Below the pieces are notes generated by a model. It saw only the letters and a program-made list of their open reading frames with translations. It had not been told where the DNA came from and made no database searches. A stretch of 64,000 nt of DNA from positions 3,584,001 through 3,648,000 of the forward strand of contig CBDCTK010000002.1 of assembly GCA_965222225.1 (NCBI GenBank), given 5' to 3'. How positions within the stretch are numbered: position 1 is the first letter of the stretch; every line of letters begins with the position of its first letter. Positions 11,216 to 21,484 of this stretch are shown here, one piece after another. The stretch comes from Candidatus Poribacteria bacterium. GTDB lineage: Bacteria > Poribacteria > WGA-4E > JAJDTR01. The position numbers and the translations under genes were made by a program.

Positions 11216-14200
11216 GTGCGATACACGCCAAATCAGAAGAAAGCCCACGACATAAATCGGCACATCAGTGTAACAGCCGGAGCGGGATCGGGGAAAACGG
11301 AGGTGTTGGCAAACCGTTACCTCAAGATTCTGCTGGAATCCGATGTCTCCGTGCGAGGTGTCGTCGCCATTACCTTTACGGAGAAAGCCGCCGCCGAACT
11401 TAAAGTGCGGGCGCTCAAAAAGATTGCCGAGAAGACAGTCTCAAGCGCCGGGAACGATCGCCTGTTGGCGAAATTAGAAACCATCCGTGAAGAATTTACC
11501 GCTGCACCCATCTCGACAATTCACGAGTTCTGTGCGCGAATCTTGCGCCAATATCCGATTAAAGGCGTCGGTTCAGGATTCGACATTTTGCAGGGCGTCG
11601 ACCAATGGCTGGTTCTTCGAGACACGGTCGATTCAACGCTGAGATTTATTGCCAATCGTCCACGGGGAGATGAAACACGGGAAAAACTCGCCAATTTGCT
11701 GCGAATATTCGGTCGGAGGAAACTTGAAGGAATCCTCGTTAAATTGTTAAACCATCGCGATGCGACCAATAGCTTGGTTAAATCCTTGTATCGTGAATCG
11801 GACGAGCAAATCATAGCAGCGTGGGAGGAATTTCTAGGAGCGGAATTAGGACGAAGCTTTAGAGAGCAATTTCCGATTGACCAATGGCTGAAATCTCTAA
11901 ACGCTGCTTTGGACGTTGCGAAAGGAAAAAATGCGTCCAAAGTCAGTGATTTGACGAAGCAGCTTCAGAACGCGGGGAGCACGAGCGCCTCGCTGTCGAT
12001 TCTCTCCGAGATTTCCCTCTTAATCTTGACACGAACAGGGGATATTGCCAAACAGAATTTCCTTGGTAGAGGGATTGATACCACCCCTGTTGAAGCTGAC
12101 ATCCAGTTCCTCACCGAAGCGGCGCAACACTTCCAGTCCTTTCCCTCCCTTACCGATGACGATGCCTTTCTTATCCGTGTCACATATCCGCTGTTAGCTA
12201 TCTATGATCTGATACACGAGCAATACACGAATTACAAGCTGCGACAGGGCGCATTAGATTTTGAAGACCTTCAAATCGAGGTCAAGAATCTGTTGCAAGA
12301 TGACGCGATCCGGAGGCGCCTTGCTCGTCAGTATTCCTATATCATGATAGATGAATATCAGGACACCAACCGTTTGCAGTACGACATCATCAAACCGTTA
12401 GTTTCCGACTTTGAATCGGGCAATCTGTTCATCGTTGGAGACCGGAAACAGAGCATTTACGGCTTTCGGGGTGCGGACGTGAGGGTATTCCTTCAAACCT
12501 TGAGGGGCATGACCGCGCACCAGTCGGGAATCACCGATGATATTGTGTGGGAGACCGAAACTCTTCAAGCGAAGGAATCGGAGAAACATGGCGACATTCG
12601 CCTTCCAGAGGCTTTCCGCTTCTTACGGAACCTTGTCGGTTTTGTCAATTTAGTCTTTGGGCGGATTATGGGGGATGAGAGGTCCAATGAGTTTGAGGTG
12701 GCGTATGAGCCGTTGATTATGGGAAGGAGAAACGAGGCGTCCGGCGACGTAGAATTGCTCATCGGACGGGAGTCGGGCACTCAAGAAAACGAGCTAATCG
12801 CCTCACGCATCCGCCACTTGATTCAGTCCAATGAACTCGTTTGGGATCGCGATACCGAAGAGCCGCGTCCAATGCGATACGGCGACATCGCTATCCTCAT
12901 CAGAAGTCGCACTCGACTCCCGGAAATCGAGGCTGCACTGCTCCAAGCGAGAATCCCATACTCCGTCGCGAGTGGGATTGGGTTTTATCAGCGGCAGGAA
13001 ATCTATGATATCTGCAACTACCTACAGTTTATGGAAGATCCGACTAATGATGTAGCGCTGGTTGGAATCCTGCGGGGACCGTTTTTCAGTATCTCCGATG
13101 CGGAATTATTTGAGATTTCACAACATTCCGAACAAGGTTCATTTTGGGAGAGGGGCAAGAGTTATCTGGCTGATAGCGGCACATCCGCGATGACCGGCGA
13201 TAACCACAGCCAAGCACAGGATTCCAGCAAGCAGTCCGAGGCGAAGGCTTCAGACTTACTCATTTACGCCTGCGAGACTTTAGAAAAACATCTGAAGATT
13301 TGTCGCCGATTGCCCATCGCGACATTCATGCGGCGGATAATCAATGATACGGGAATGATTGGAACGTTGTCCGTGGGGCTTTCCGGCGGGCAGCGATGGG
13401 CAAATTACGAAAAACTGTTGGCAATAGCACGCGAATTTGACAGATTGGAATTTGCCGAACTTTCCGGTTTCATAGAACGGCTGAATCTGCTGATTGAAGA
13501 GGAGGGCCGCGAAGGTCAGGCAACGATCGAGTCTTCGGAGGACGTCGTTCAAGTGATGACCATCCACGCTGCGAAAGGGCTGGAGTTTCCGGTGGTAATC
13601 CTTCCCTATCTAAGCCGAAAATTCAAATTCGACCCGGAACCGTTCATTGACGATGAAATTGGCATCGGTTTCAGTCCGGCAAAGCCCGAGAAGAACTACG
13701 AGGGCAGCCGTCCATCAATTGCCAGAGTCATGAAAACCCGTCAGGTACAAAAAACTGTCGCTGAGGAAAAGAGACTTTTCTATGTGGCGGCGACCCGCGC
13801 CCGCGACAGACTCATCCTCTCGGGATCCATTGATTTAAGCAGTAAGCCACCTAGTAATTGTTGTTTCAAGTGGTTGCTAAACGCTCTTGAGCTGACAAAG
13901 GCGCCTAACGAATCTCAGATCGAATTTCCCGTGACAATTGAAGCCTTGACCGAAGATTCGCGAAGGTCAATCTCGTTCAATATTCCCATTCGAATATTCC
14001 ATTCCACTGAGGAGATGAATCTCTCCGGCGAAACGCCGACACTTTCGTTACCTCCCGTCGACTTTCCCGAGATTCACATAGAGCCGGTGGAAAGCACGCT
14101 GGCTGGCGAAAATCTGTCTGTCCCGCAACTCCTGAGCTACAGCCACTGTCCGACGAAATTCTACCTTAAACATCGCCTCGGTCTCCCGGACAGGAACATA

Positions 14201-14860
14201 CTCGTCCCGGAGGAAGACGAGTCGGATTCGCAAGACTTCGATGGCAGTCCAAAAAATCGGACAGTTCGCAACGTGCTTGCTCAACTAAGAACAAGTGCGG
14301 ATTGCAAGCGAGATTTAAGCAAGTTAATCAACACTGTCGTGAAATCTGTGTCAGCCGTGCTCGCAGAGGATGAGGTGGCTCTCCACGTGAAACACTTCTT
14401 GGATTCCGATATAGGGAAGCTGGCGTTAGCCGCCAACGAAAGCTACTGCGAACAAGAGATACACGCGCTGCTAGGCGATCACGTTATCCACGGGGTAGTA
14501 GACCGTCTCTTCAAAGGCTCGGATGGGCTATGGCAGATTATCAATTATGAAACCAATCAATTCGACTCGTCGGAGATTGAGACGTGGATAGACTTCTACC
14601 GTCCACAGGTTGAGTTGTACGCGCTGCTGGTTCATCGGCTTTACCCGGAACAGGGAGTGATACCGGCAACAATTTGCTTTACCTCGCTTGCCGAAGCCCA
14701 TCCAATGAACCTGACCGCAGACGAGTTGGAGAGGATTGAACAGCAGTGGATTGAGAGGATTGAGGTCCTTCAGAGGGGGAAGTTCGAAAAAAACAGAGGG
14801 CACTGTCCACTCTGTCCGTACTTCGTTGAGGAACAGTGCTTGGTCTCGGATCCAGAGTAA
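11216..14860 (+). CDS. UvrD/AddA-like ATP-dependent helicase with a C-terminal PD-(D/E)XK-like domain
   Basis: AGAGSGKT, ITFTEKAA, IDEYQDTN, VGDRKQSIYGFRGA, MTIHAAKGLEFP, EEKRLFYVAATRA; C-terminal C..CxxC..C. Confidence 0.9.
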   Translation: MRYTPNQKKAHDINRHISVTAGAGSGKTEVLANRYLKILLESDVSVRGVVAITFTEKAAAELKVRALKKIAEKTVSSAGNDRLLAKLETIREEFTAAPISTIHEFCARILRQYPIKGVGSGFDILQGVDQWLVLRDTVDSTLRFIANRPRGDETREKLANLLRIFGRRKLEGILVKLLNHRDATNSLVKSLYRESDEQIIAAWEEFLGAELGRSFREQFPIDQWLKSLNAALDVAKGKNASKVSDLTKQLQNAGSTSASLSILSEISLLILTRTGDIAKQNFLGRGIDTTPVEADIQFLTEAAQHFQSFPSLTDDDAFLIRVTYPLLAIYDLIHEQYTNYKLRQGALDFEDLQIEVKNLLQDDAIRRRLARQYSYIMIDEYQDTNRLQYDIIKPLVSDFESGNLFIVGDRKQSIYGFRGADVRVFLQTLRGMTAHQSGITDDIVWETETLQAKESEKHGDIRLPEAFRFLRNLVGFVNLVFGRIMGDERSNEFEVAYEPLIMGRRNEASGDVELLIGRESGTQENELIASRIRHLIQSNELVWDRDTEEPRPMRYGDIAILIRSRTRLPEIEAALLQARIPYSVASGIGFYQRQEIYDICNYLQFMEDPTNDVALVGILRGPFFSISDAELFEISQHSEQGSFWERGKSYLADSGTSAMTGDNHSQAQDSSKQSEAKASDLLIYACETLEKHLKICRRLPIATFMRRIINDTGMIGTLSVGLSGGQRWANYEKLLAIAREFDRLEFAELSGFIERLNLLIEEEGREGQATIESSEDVVQVMTIHAAKGLEFPVVILPYLSRKFKFDPEPFIDDEIGIGFSPAKPEKNYEGSRPSIARVMKTRQVQKTVAEEKRLFYVAATRARDRLILSGSIDLSSKPPSNCCFKWLLNALELTKAPNESQIEFPVTIEALTEDSRRSISFNIPIRIFHSTEEMNLSGETPTLSLPPVDFPEIHIEPVESTLAGENLSVPQLLSYSHCPTKFYLKHRLGLPDRNILVPEEDESDSQDFDGSPKNRTVRNVLAQLRTSADCKRDLSKLINTVVKSVSAVLAEDEVALHVKHFLDSDIGKLALAANESYCEQEIHALLGDHVIHGVVDRLFKGSDGLWQIINYETNQFDSSEIETWIDFYRPQVELYALLVHRLYPEQGVIPATICFTSLAEAHPMNLTADELERIEQQWIERIEVLQRGKFEKNRGHCPLCPYFVEEQCLVSDPE

Positions 14861-14924
14861 TCAATCGAAGTTAGGAACTGCGCCTCTCGGTTCATAGCAG
14901 CGGAGCGGAAGAACCGGCTTTCAG

Positions 14925-14953
14925 TTGACGCCTACCAGCCCAAACTGTATAAT
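14925..14953 (+). promoter_or_regulatory. Sigma70 promoter upstream of the Ldh-family gene
   Basis: TTGACG-17 bp-TATAAT. Confidence 0.7.
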
Positions 14954-15082
14954 TCGGAAATTCGTAGAAAGCTACCAGTTAGGGGATTTTGTCTTTGATT
15001 TGAGGATTGAAGATTCACTACGAACCGAAGCGCGTACATCCTATTAACCGTCAAATAAATATCAACTTAACGAGGAGTATAC

Positions 15083-16090
15083 ATGAATCGACCCCCGGAA
15101 TCATTTGTGCAAGTACGAGAAGACCGCTTGCTCGCTTTTTCAACGGCTTGTTATGAGAAAGCCGGATTGACTCACGATCACGCGGCGCTCATTAGCCGAC
15201 TGCTTGTGAACTCGGATTTGCGCGGCGTACGCACGCACGGAACACGGAACACCAATAGCTACTGCAGCGGTTTTGAGAATGGCAGTCACAATCCCCGACC
15301 TAACATCCGCGTTATTCATGAGTCGCCAACCGCGGCGGTTCTTGATGGAAACGGTACGCTCGGCTATCTCCCGATGGTTCGTGCGACGGAGCGCGCCATT
15401 GAGAAGGCGAAAGAGTTGGGTATCGGGATGGGACTTGTGCGCTATATCGGGCATTACGGCTCGGCAGGTCACTATGCCCGACTGTGTAACGAGGCGGGGT
15501 GCATTGGGTTCTCGGTGCAGGGGTATTCCGATCAGGGTAAAGCCAGAGAGGCGGGGGCGCAACTCGGTTACTTCGGTAATCCGCCCATCTGCTTTGCCAT
15601 ACCATCCGGAGAGGAGCCATCGGTTGTGCTTGATGCCGCAACCTGCATCTTGGCGGATTACCAACGCGGTCCCGAATTCGATGAACTTCTGTCGTTGATC
15701 CCGGCGGCGTTTTTCAAGAGCATCGGATACACGGCGGTTGCCAGTTTGCTGGGCGGCGCGTTAACCGGATTTACCGAACCGCCGCCGGAGGACACTGCCA
15801 AATGGAATGGAGCAGAATTGGGGGGAATGGTTCTCGCTATTCACATTGATTCTGTGGTGCCCGAGGCGGTTTTCAATGCGGAGGTCGATCGGATGGTACG
15901 GGATGTGCGCGAAACATACGAACCGATGCCGGGATACGATCGTGCGCTGCTCCCGGGCGCGATTGAAGCGGAGCGGATGGAGATGCACCGCCGGGAAGGC
16001 ATTCGCTACGGGGAGGAGGAGCAGCAGTCGGCGCGTGCGGTTAGCCAGAGGCTTGGCGTGCCTCTGCCGTGGGATCAAGCGACTGAATAG
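15083..16090 (+). CDS. Ldh_2 (malate/L-lactate/L-sulfolactate dehydrogenase) family oxidoreductase
   Basis: SDLRGVRTHG, LDGNGTLG, GHYGSAGHYA, GNPPICFAIP, LLPG. Confidence 0.85.
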   Translation: MNRPPESFVQVREDRLLAFSTACYEKAGLTHDHAALISRLLVNSDLRGVRTHGTRNTNSYCSGFENGSHNPRPNIRVIHESPTAAVLDGNGTLGYLPMVRATERAIEKAKELGIGMGLVRYIGHYGSAGHYARLCNEAGCIGFSVQGYSDQGKAREAGAQLGYFGNPPICFAIPSGEEPSVVLDAATCILADYQRGPEFDELLSLIPAAFFKSIGYTAVASLLGGALTGFTEPPPEDTAKWNGAELGGMVLAIHIDSVVPEAVFNAEVDRMVRDVRETYEPMPGYDRALLPGAIEAERMEMHRREGIRYGEEEQQSARAVSQRLGVPLPWDQATE

Positions 16091-16126
16091 GGAGTGCGAT
16101 AGTAAATCCCGTGCGATAGAACTCCC
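16073..16126 (+). repeat. Family A repeat; supplies the last codons and stop of the Ldh gene
   Basis: gatcaagcgactgaatagggagtgcgatagtaaatcccgtgcgatagaactccc. Confidence 0.8.
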
Positions 16127-16215
16127 ACAGACAACAACACTCGAATGCCCTAAAAACGCTTTGCCATCTATTTTAAAACAGGCATCTTAAACTTTGGTTG
16201 TCTACACTGGACTGA

Positions 16216-17340
16216 ATGACTGAATATCGTTGCTACGTTTGTAACACAACCTATCCCATAAACACCCTCCGCTACAAATGCGATTGTGACGGCGTGCTGA
16301 ATCTCAAGAAGGGGGAGAACCCCTACCCACTTGACGAGATTCCGAGGCGACGCAGTACGCTCTGGCGTTATCGCGAAGCCATCCCCGTTGACCACGATGC
16401 ATCAATCGTCTCGCTTGGCGAAGGCATGACGCCGCTTGTTCCGTTCAATGATGGCGCGTGCGGACATTACCTGAAATTGGACTTCATATCGCTCACCGGT
16501 TCGTACAAGGATCGCGGCGCTTCGGTACTAATCTCCAAACTCAAAGAACTAGGTATCCGGGAAGTCGTTGAGGATTCATCGGGAAATGCCGGCGCCGCAA
16601 TAGCCGCCTATTGCGCGAGGGCTGGAATCGGCTGCACCATCTACTGTCCCGCGTCCACGTCGAAGGGAAAACTCGCGCAGATCGGCGCCTACGGAGCACG
16701 TTTGAAGCTAATCGAGGGCAACCGCGCGGCAACCACCGAAGCTGTGCTTGAGGCGGCGGAGACCACCTATTACGCCTCCCACAACTGGAATCCGTTCTTT
16801 CTGGAGGGTACGAAGACGGTTGCGTTCGAGATCGCCGAACAGCTTGGCTGGAGAGCGCCTGACCATGTAATCTGCCCTATCGGGTTTGGGAGTGTCTTCC
16901 TCGGCTTATACATCGGATTCGGCGAGCTATATGCGGGGGGAGTCGTTGAGAAGATTCCGCGGCTACTGGGCGTGCAGTCGGCGGCGTGCGCTCCAATCTA
17001 CACGGCGTGCAGCGAAAATGGGAAGATTAAGCGTACCTCGCAGACCCATGAGACACTTGCCGAGGGAATTGCGGCGGAATATCCAATTCGGGGGGAAATG
17101 ATAATGGAAGCCCGGCGAGAATCAGATGGAGGGTTCACCATCGTGAATGAAGAGGAAATCAAATCTGGCGTTAGAATCCTTGCGGCAAAGGGGGTCTACG
17201 TTGAACCGACTTCCGCGGTTGTGGTTAAAGCGTTCGACAAGTTCGTGGGAGAGGGTATTATCCGTAAGGGTGATACGGTTGTGTCGATACTTACGGGTTC
17301 CGGGTTGAAGGCGACGGAGAAGCTGATGAAGATTATGTGA
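16216..17340 (+). CDS. thrC: Threonine synthase (PLP fold type II)
   Basis: N-terminal CxxC..CxC, SLGEGMTPL, TGSYKDRG, DSSGNAG, VEPTSA, ILTGSGLK. Confidence 0.8.
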   Translation: MTEYRCYVCNTTYPINTLRYKCDCDGVLNLKKGENPYPLDEIPRRRSTLWRYREAIPVDHDASIVSLGEGMTPLVPFNDGACGHYLKLDFISLTGSYKDRGASVLISKLKELGIREVVEDSSGNAGAAIAAYCARAGIGCTIYCPASTSKGKLAQIGAYGARLKLIEGNRAATTEAVLEAAETTYYASHNWNPFFLEGTKTVAFEIAEQLGWRAPDHVICPIGFGSVFLGLYIGFGELYAGGVVEKIPRLLGVQSAACAPIYTACSENGKIKRTSQTHETLAEGIAAEYPIRGEMIMEARRESDGGFTIVNEEEIKSGVRILAAKGVYVEPTSAVVVKAFDKFVGEGIIRKGDTVVSILTGSGLKATEKLMKIM

Positions 17341-17409
17341 GGTGTGTTCAGAAACGAATTTCTACCGCCGGGAATGTCCAATGTGATTATCATGGGATCT
17401 GTGCAGTTG

Positions 17410-17446
17410 GACGCTCGTAGAGGACGGCCCCTGTGCCGTCCGCAAG
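17410..17446 (+). repeat. REP-like hairpin, left direct repeat bounding the type I RM operon
   Basis: gacgctcgtagaggacggcccctgtgccgtccgcaag; 32/37 identical to 27301-27337. Confidence 0.75.
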
Positions 17447-17465
17447 TATTGAGCGACGACGGCGA

Positions 17466-18200
17466 TCAATATCGCCAATTCTCGTGAGGGAGCGGCGCAC
17501 GGTTGAGTTCGTCCCTATAGGTTCGCCATTGGGGGATAAAGTTATCCATCAACTCGCGAAACCGGTCGTTGTGGTGGCGCTCAAGCAGATGTACCATTTC
17601 GTGAACGAGGATGTACACCAGACAGGAACTGGGTTTCTTCGCCAGTTCGAGATTGAGCCAGATCCGTTTGGCTTCAGCGTTACAGGAGCCCCAGAGCGTT
17701 TTCATTTTCTTGATTCGCACATCTTCGACGGTCACGCCCAGCTTCGGTCCCCATATGGCGACGAGCGGAGGCAACTGATTGCGGAGGTGGCGGCGATACC
17801 AGCGATGAAGCACGGCTTCTCGCGCCTCTCGGTCAGAGTTCGGGCGAACACCTAATTCAAGCCTCGTGTTGTTGCGCGGTTTAACTGTCGGCGGCGCGTC
17901 GCGCTCAATCACATCCAGCCGGTAACGTCTGCCTTCAAAGTAGTGGCTCTCACCGGTTACGAACTCGCGCTGAGATTGGCGTATCTGTCCCTCGAACTCC
18001 GCTTGCTTCCGGCGTATCCAACCGAGGCGTGAGATGACGGCGAGGCGTACAGCTTCATCATCAAGGCGCAAAGGCACCGCCACGCGAACCCGACCGCTCG
18101 GTGGATAAACGCCGACATGGAGGTTCTTGATCTCCTTGCGGACGATTTCGACCGGTATTCCCCGGACTTCTATACGCTGACTATTGATCTCAGTACTCAT
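17466..18200 (-). CDS. M48/YgjP-like (DUF45) zinc metallopeptidase, type I RM-associated
   Basis: MKTLWGSC, YILVHEMVHLLERHHN (HExxH); overlaps the hsdR stop. Confidence 0.9.
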   Translation of the reverse strand: MSTEINSQRIEVRGIPVEIVRKEIKNLHVGVYPPSGRVRVAVPLRLDDEAVRLAVISRLGWIRRKQAEFEGQIRQSQREFVTGESHYFEGRRYRLDVIERDAPPTVKPRNNTRLELGVRPNSDREAREAVLHRWYRRHLRNQLPPLVAIWGPKLGVTVEDVRIKKMKTLWGSCNAEAKRIWLNLELAKKPSSCLVYILVHEMVHLLERHHNDRFRELMDNFIPQWRTYRDELNRAPLPHENWRY

Positions 18201-21200
18201 GCTGGTTCTTCACAATCTCAAAGAGCGCGTCAACGTCAACGGCGTAATCGCCAAATTCTTCCGCGACGACCTTTGACATGGCTAGGCGTACTTTTCGCTC
18301 TTTGAGCCTATGTCCCTTCCAATCGTCTTCCTTTGAATCGCGGATAGCTTCATCCAGTGCAACTGCCACCCGCGCTCTGATTTCTCGGTTCGGGGGGTTT
18401 TCATTCTGACCTTCTGTCTCTGCAATATCCGATGCATCGGATATTGTTATGTTGTCGAATAACGCCTGCCGCGATGCGGTGTTTATCCCCGAAGGATAGG
18501 ATACCCTGGTTTGATATGTGTCAATCTGTCTAGTCAACGCCGCAATCCTTGCCAAATAGGTTTGATAATCTATTGCATTCTGTCTTCGCTGCTGGATCAG
18601 GGCATCAAGCAGCCTTGACATCTCCTCATAGTAAACAGGATTGACCGGTGTCCGGTCAATAATTACCCGACGGACGTTGTTTTCAATCGTCTCGGCCGCA
18701 GCTTTGCGATTTTTCTTGATTCCCTCGGGCAGCGAATCAATCGCGGCTTCACCGCGCTGGACAATCAGTTCCACAAGCGTTAGGTCGTCGAACTCGGAAA
18801 GCTTCTTACTCTCCTCTGCCCGGATGTAGGCGTCCAACAGGTGTCGCATGGCGGGTTCATAGACCTTCAGGTCAATATAGTCGCCACTCCCCAGCTTGAC
18901 CTCCTGCCGCACTCTCTCGTAGCGATCGACTTCGGCTTTAATCTCCCGGGCTTCGGCATCGCTGTAGCCGGCATCACTCATCTCGTTTGCCAGATTGGCG
19001 TACGCCCGCAGCAACCCCGCGACCGACTTATAAAGGGTTAGGCGCTTTTGCTCATTGGCTTTGAGTTGATCGGCGTTGCCGCTCTCGACGGCGCAAAAGT
19101 AACGCAGATAAGCCGCTGTATCGCGCGGCAACTCAACCGGTTCGCAAAGCGCCTTGACCGCCTCGCGTGCCTCCTCAAGCCGTTCACGTGCCTTCTCAAG
19201 TCGATTTTCGAGTAAGCCTTTCACGTCTTCGGGGTCGTAGTCTGCGAAGGCTTCTCCGGTGTAGTCCGCAATCGACGTCTCTAAGGAGCGGAACAGGTCT
19301 TTGTAGTCGATGATGTAGCCGTATTCCTTGTCCTCGCCGTGAAGACGGTTGACCCGGCAAATCGCCTGAAACAGACCGTGGTCCTGCATCTTCTTATCAA
19401 TGTAGAGATACGTCGCTGGCGGGGCATCGAAACCGGTTAGCAGTTTGTCCACGACAATAAGTAGTTTCATCTGCCCCGGCTCTTCGACGAAACGTTTTTT
19501 GACCTCCTGCTCGAACTGCTCGACCTTGTGCATCGCGGTGTCTTCCGATTCGTCGAAGTGTTCCGCGAGCATCTTCCGGTAAATGTTATGCTTGAGCAGT
19601 TTTTCGGTTAATCCCTCGCCGGTTTCTTCACCTCTAATGGCAGACGGAGACGGCTCGTAAGAGGTCACGATACCGCATTTGCCCTGCAGTGGGGATCCCT
19701 GAAACATCTCGAATAACCGACATGCCGCGTAGATGGTATCGGAAACAAGCAAGGCGTTTCCATGGCCGCTTGCTAAACGATTTTGTGTCTCCATGTCCAT
19801 CAGAATGTCATCGACAATCTGGTTCAACCTATTTCGTGAACTCAGCACCCTCTGCATCGTGCCCCAACGCTGTCTGGGTTGCGCCTTTGCCAGGTCGGTT
19901 AACCCTCGCGTCTTGATTTCAAACCACTGATCGATTCGCTCTTGTGAGGTGATGTGCTGGTCGATGTCGCGCGCTTCATAGCGTAGGTCAAGTACGACAT
20001 TATCCTCAACCGCCTGGTCGTATTTGTAGGTGTGGATGTAGGGACCGAAGGTTTGAATACTCTGCAGTTTGTCGCGCTTAAGCAACGGGGTGCCCGTGAA
20101 GCCGATTAGCATTGCTCCCGGTAAAATAGCCTTCATCGCCCTATGCAGCTTGCCCGACTGTGTGCGGTGGCATTCATCCACAAAGACAAAAAACTCGCCG
20201 CGGGGGTGAAAATCCGCTGGCAGATTGTGTTTGATGTCCTCAATGAATTCCTCCACGTCTCGATCACTGACATCTCCCGAGGCGCCGAACTTGTGGATCA
20301 GCGAACAGACCAACCATTTAGCAAGGTCATTGAGCGCGCCTGCCAAGTCGGCGCCGCTCTGAGTACGGTAGATATCTTCGTTGACTCCTGTGAAAACCTT
20401 CTCGATCTGTTCATCCAGCTCGCTGCGGTCGGTGATGATTAACACGCGACTGTTGGTGATGTTCTCACGAATCCATTTCGCCAGCCAAACCATGGTCAGG
20501 CTCTTTCCGCTGCCCTGGGTGTGCCAGATGATGCCGCCCTCTCGCTTCTTGACGCGCGCCTGTGCGGCTTTCACGCCGAAATACTGGTTATGCCGACAGA
20601 TTTTCTTCGTCCCCGCATCAAATACGATGAAGTCGTGCAGTATTTCAAGCATCCGCTCTTTGCCGCAGAACTGGCGCAACTCCCGGAGCAACGGATTATC
20701 GTCGTCGGTGTCGTCAACCTCCTTCCAGCGAAGCCAATGTTTCTCCGGTGTCTCTATCACGCCGTAGCGCAGCCCTTCGGTCTCGTTGCCCGCCATGATG
20801 AGTTGCACCGTCGAGAAAAAGGGACAGATAAATTCACCCCGCTGGTTGTCGAGGTTTTGACGGATACCCTCGGAAACCGACACCGTGGAACGCTTTAACT
20901 CCAGCACGCCGAGCGCTATTCCGTTGACGTAGAGCACTATGTCGGGTCGCTTGGTGTTTTCCCCAACAACGGTAACCTCCTCGGCGATGCCGAAGTGGTT
21001 GTTTGCTGGGTTTTTCCAGTCGACGAGCCGGACAGTCTGGTAGTGATCGCTTTGTCCAACTTTGACGTTTACGCCGTATCGGAGTTGTTCATACACCTTA
21101 AGATTTGCGCTGTAGAGTGTCGTGCTCCCGCCGAAGTCAGCAGTCTTGTGTACCTCAAACAAAGTCTTCTGCACAATCTGCTCGCTGTGCCCCTGTCCCT

Positions 21201-21348
21201 GCAGCCAGTCAGTAAGATATTCATCCTCAACGTTGCTATTGCCGGGACGCTCCTTCCAATTACCAAGACCGTCGTAGCCGAGGACGCCTTGAAAATACGC
21301 GATCACGCGCCGCTGTGTAAAGAATTCCTGTTGCCCTATCGTGTTCAT
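18190..21348 (-). CDS. hsdR: Type I restriction enzyme R subunit
   Basis: RPDIVLYVNG..LELK nuclease, HTQGSGKS, VDECHR, GFTGTP, LLTGFDAP, QAICRVNR. Confidence 0.96.
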   Translation of the reverse strand: MNTIGQQEFFTQRRVIAYFQGVLGYDGLGNWKERPGNSNVEDEYLTDWLQGQGHSEQIVQKTLFEVHKTADFGGSTTLYSANLKVYEQLRYGVNVKVGQSDHYQTVRLVDWKNPANNHFGIAEEVTVVGENTKRPDIVLYVNGIALGVLELKRSTVSVSEGIRQNLDNQRGEFICPFFSTVQLIMAGNETEGLRYGVIETPEKHWLRWKEVDDTDDDNPLLRELRQFCGKERMLEILHDFIVFDAGTKKICRHNQYFGVKAAQARVKKREGGIIWHTQGSGKSLTMVWLAKWIRENITNSRVLIITDRSELDEQIEKVFTGVNEDIYRTQSGADLAGALNDLAKWLVCSLIHKFGASGDVSDRDVEEFIEDIKHNLPADFHPRGEFFVFVDECHRTQSGKLHRAMKAILPGAMLIGFTGTPLLKRDKLQSIQTFGPYIHTYKYDQAVEDNVVLDLRYEARDIDQHITSQERIDQWFEIKTRGLTDLAKAQPRQRWGTMQRVLSSRNRLNQIVDDILMDMETQNRLASGHGNALLVSDTIYAACRLFEMFQGSPLQGKCGIVTSYEPSPSAIRGEETGEGLTEKLLKHNIYRKMLAEHFDESEDTAMHKVEQFEQEVKKRFVEEPGQMKLLIVVDKLLTGFDAPPATYLYIDKKMQDHGLFQAICRVNRLHGEDKEYGYIIDYKDLFRSLETSIADYTGEAFADYDPEDVKGLLENRLEKARERLEEAREAVKALCEPVELPRDTAAYLRYFCAVESGNADQLKANEQKRLTLYKSVAGLLRAYANLANEMSDAGYSDAEAREIKAEVDRYERVRQEVKLGSGDYIDLKVYEPAMRHLLDAYIRAEESKKLSEFDDLTLVELIVQRGEAAIDSLPEGIKKNRKAAAETIENNVRRVIIDRTPVNPVYYEEMSRLLDALIQQRRQNAIDYQTYLARIAALTRQIDTYQTRVSYPSGINTASRQALFDNITISDASDIAETEGQNENPPNREIRARVAVALDEAIRDSKEDDWKGHRLKERKVRLAMSKVVAEEFGDYAVDVDALFEIVKNQHEY

Positions 21349-21484
21349 TGCACTGCTTTCATCGGATTACTCGCGCCATGCCAATAATAAATCTTGCAGG
21401 TTTTCCACAGGCGGCTGAATGTCGCTTTCCTTGTTGCGGACCCCGTTGATGGCCATCCTCGCATGTCGCCCCTGGCAACTTGTT

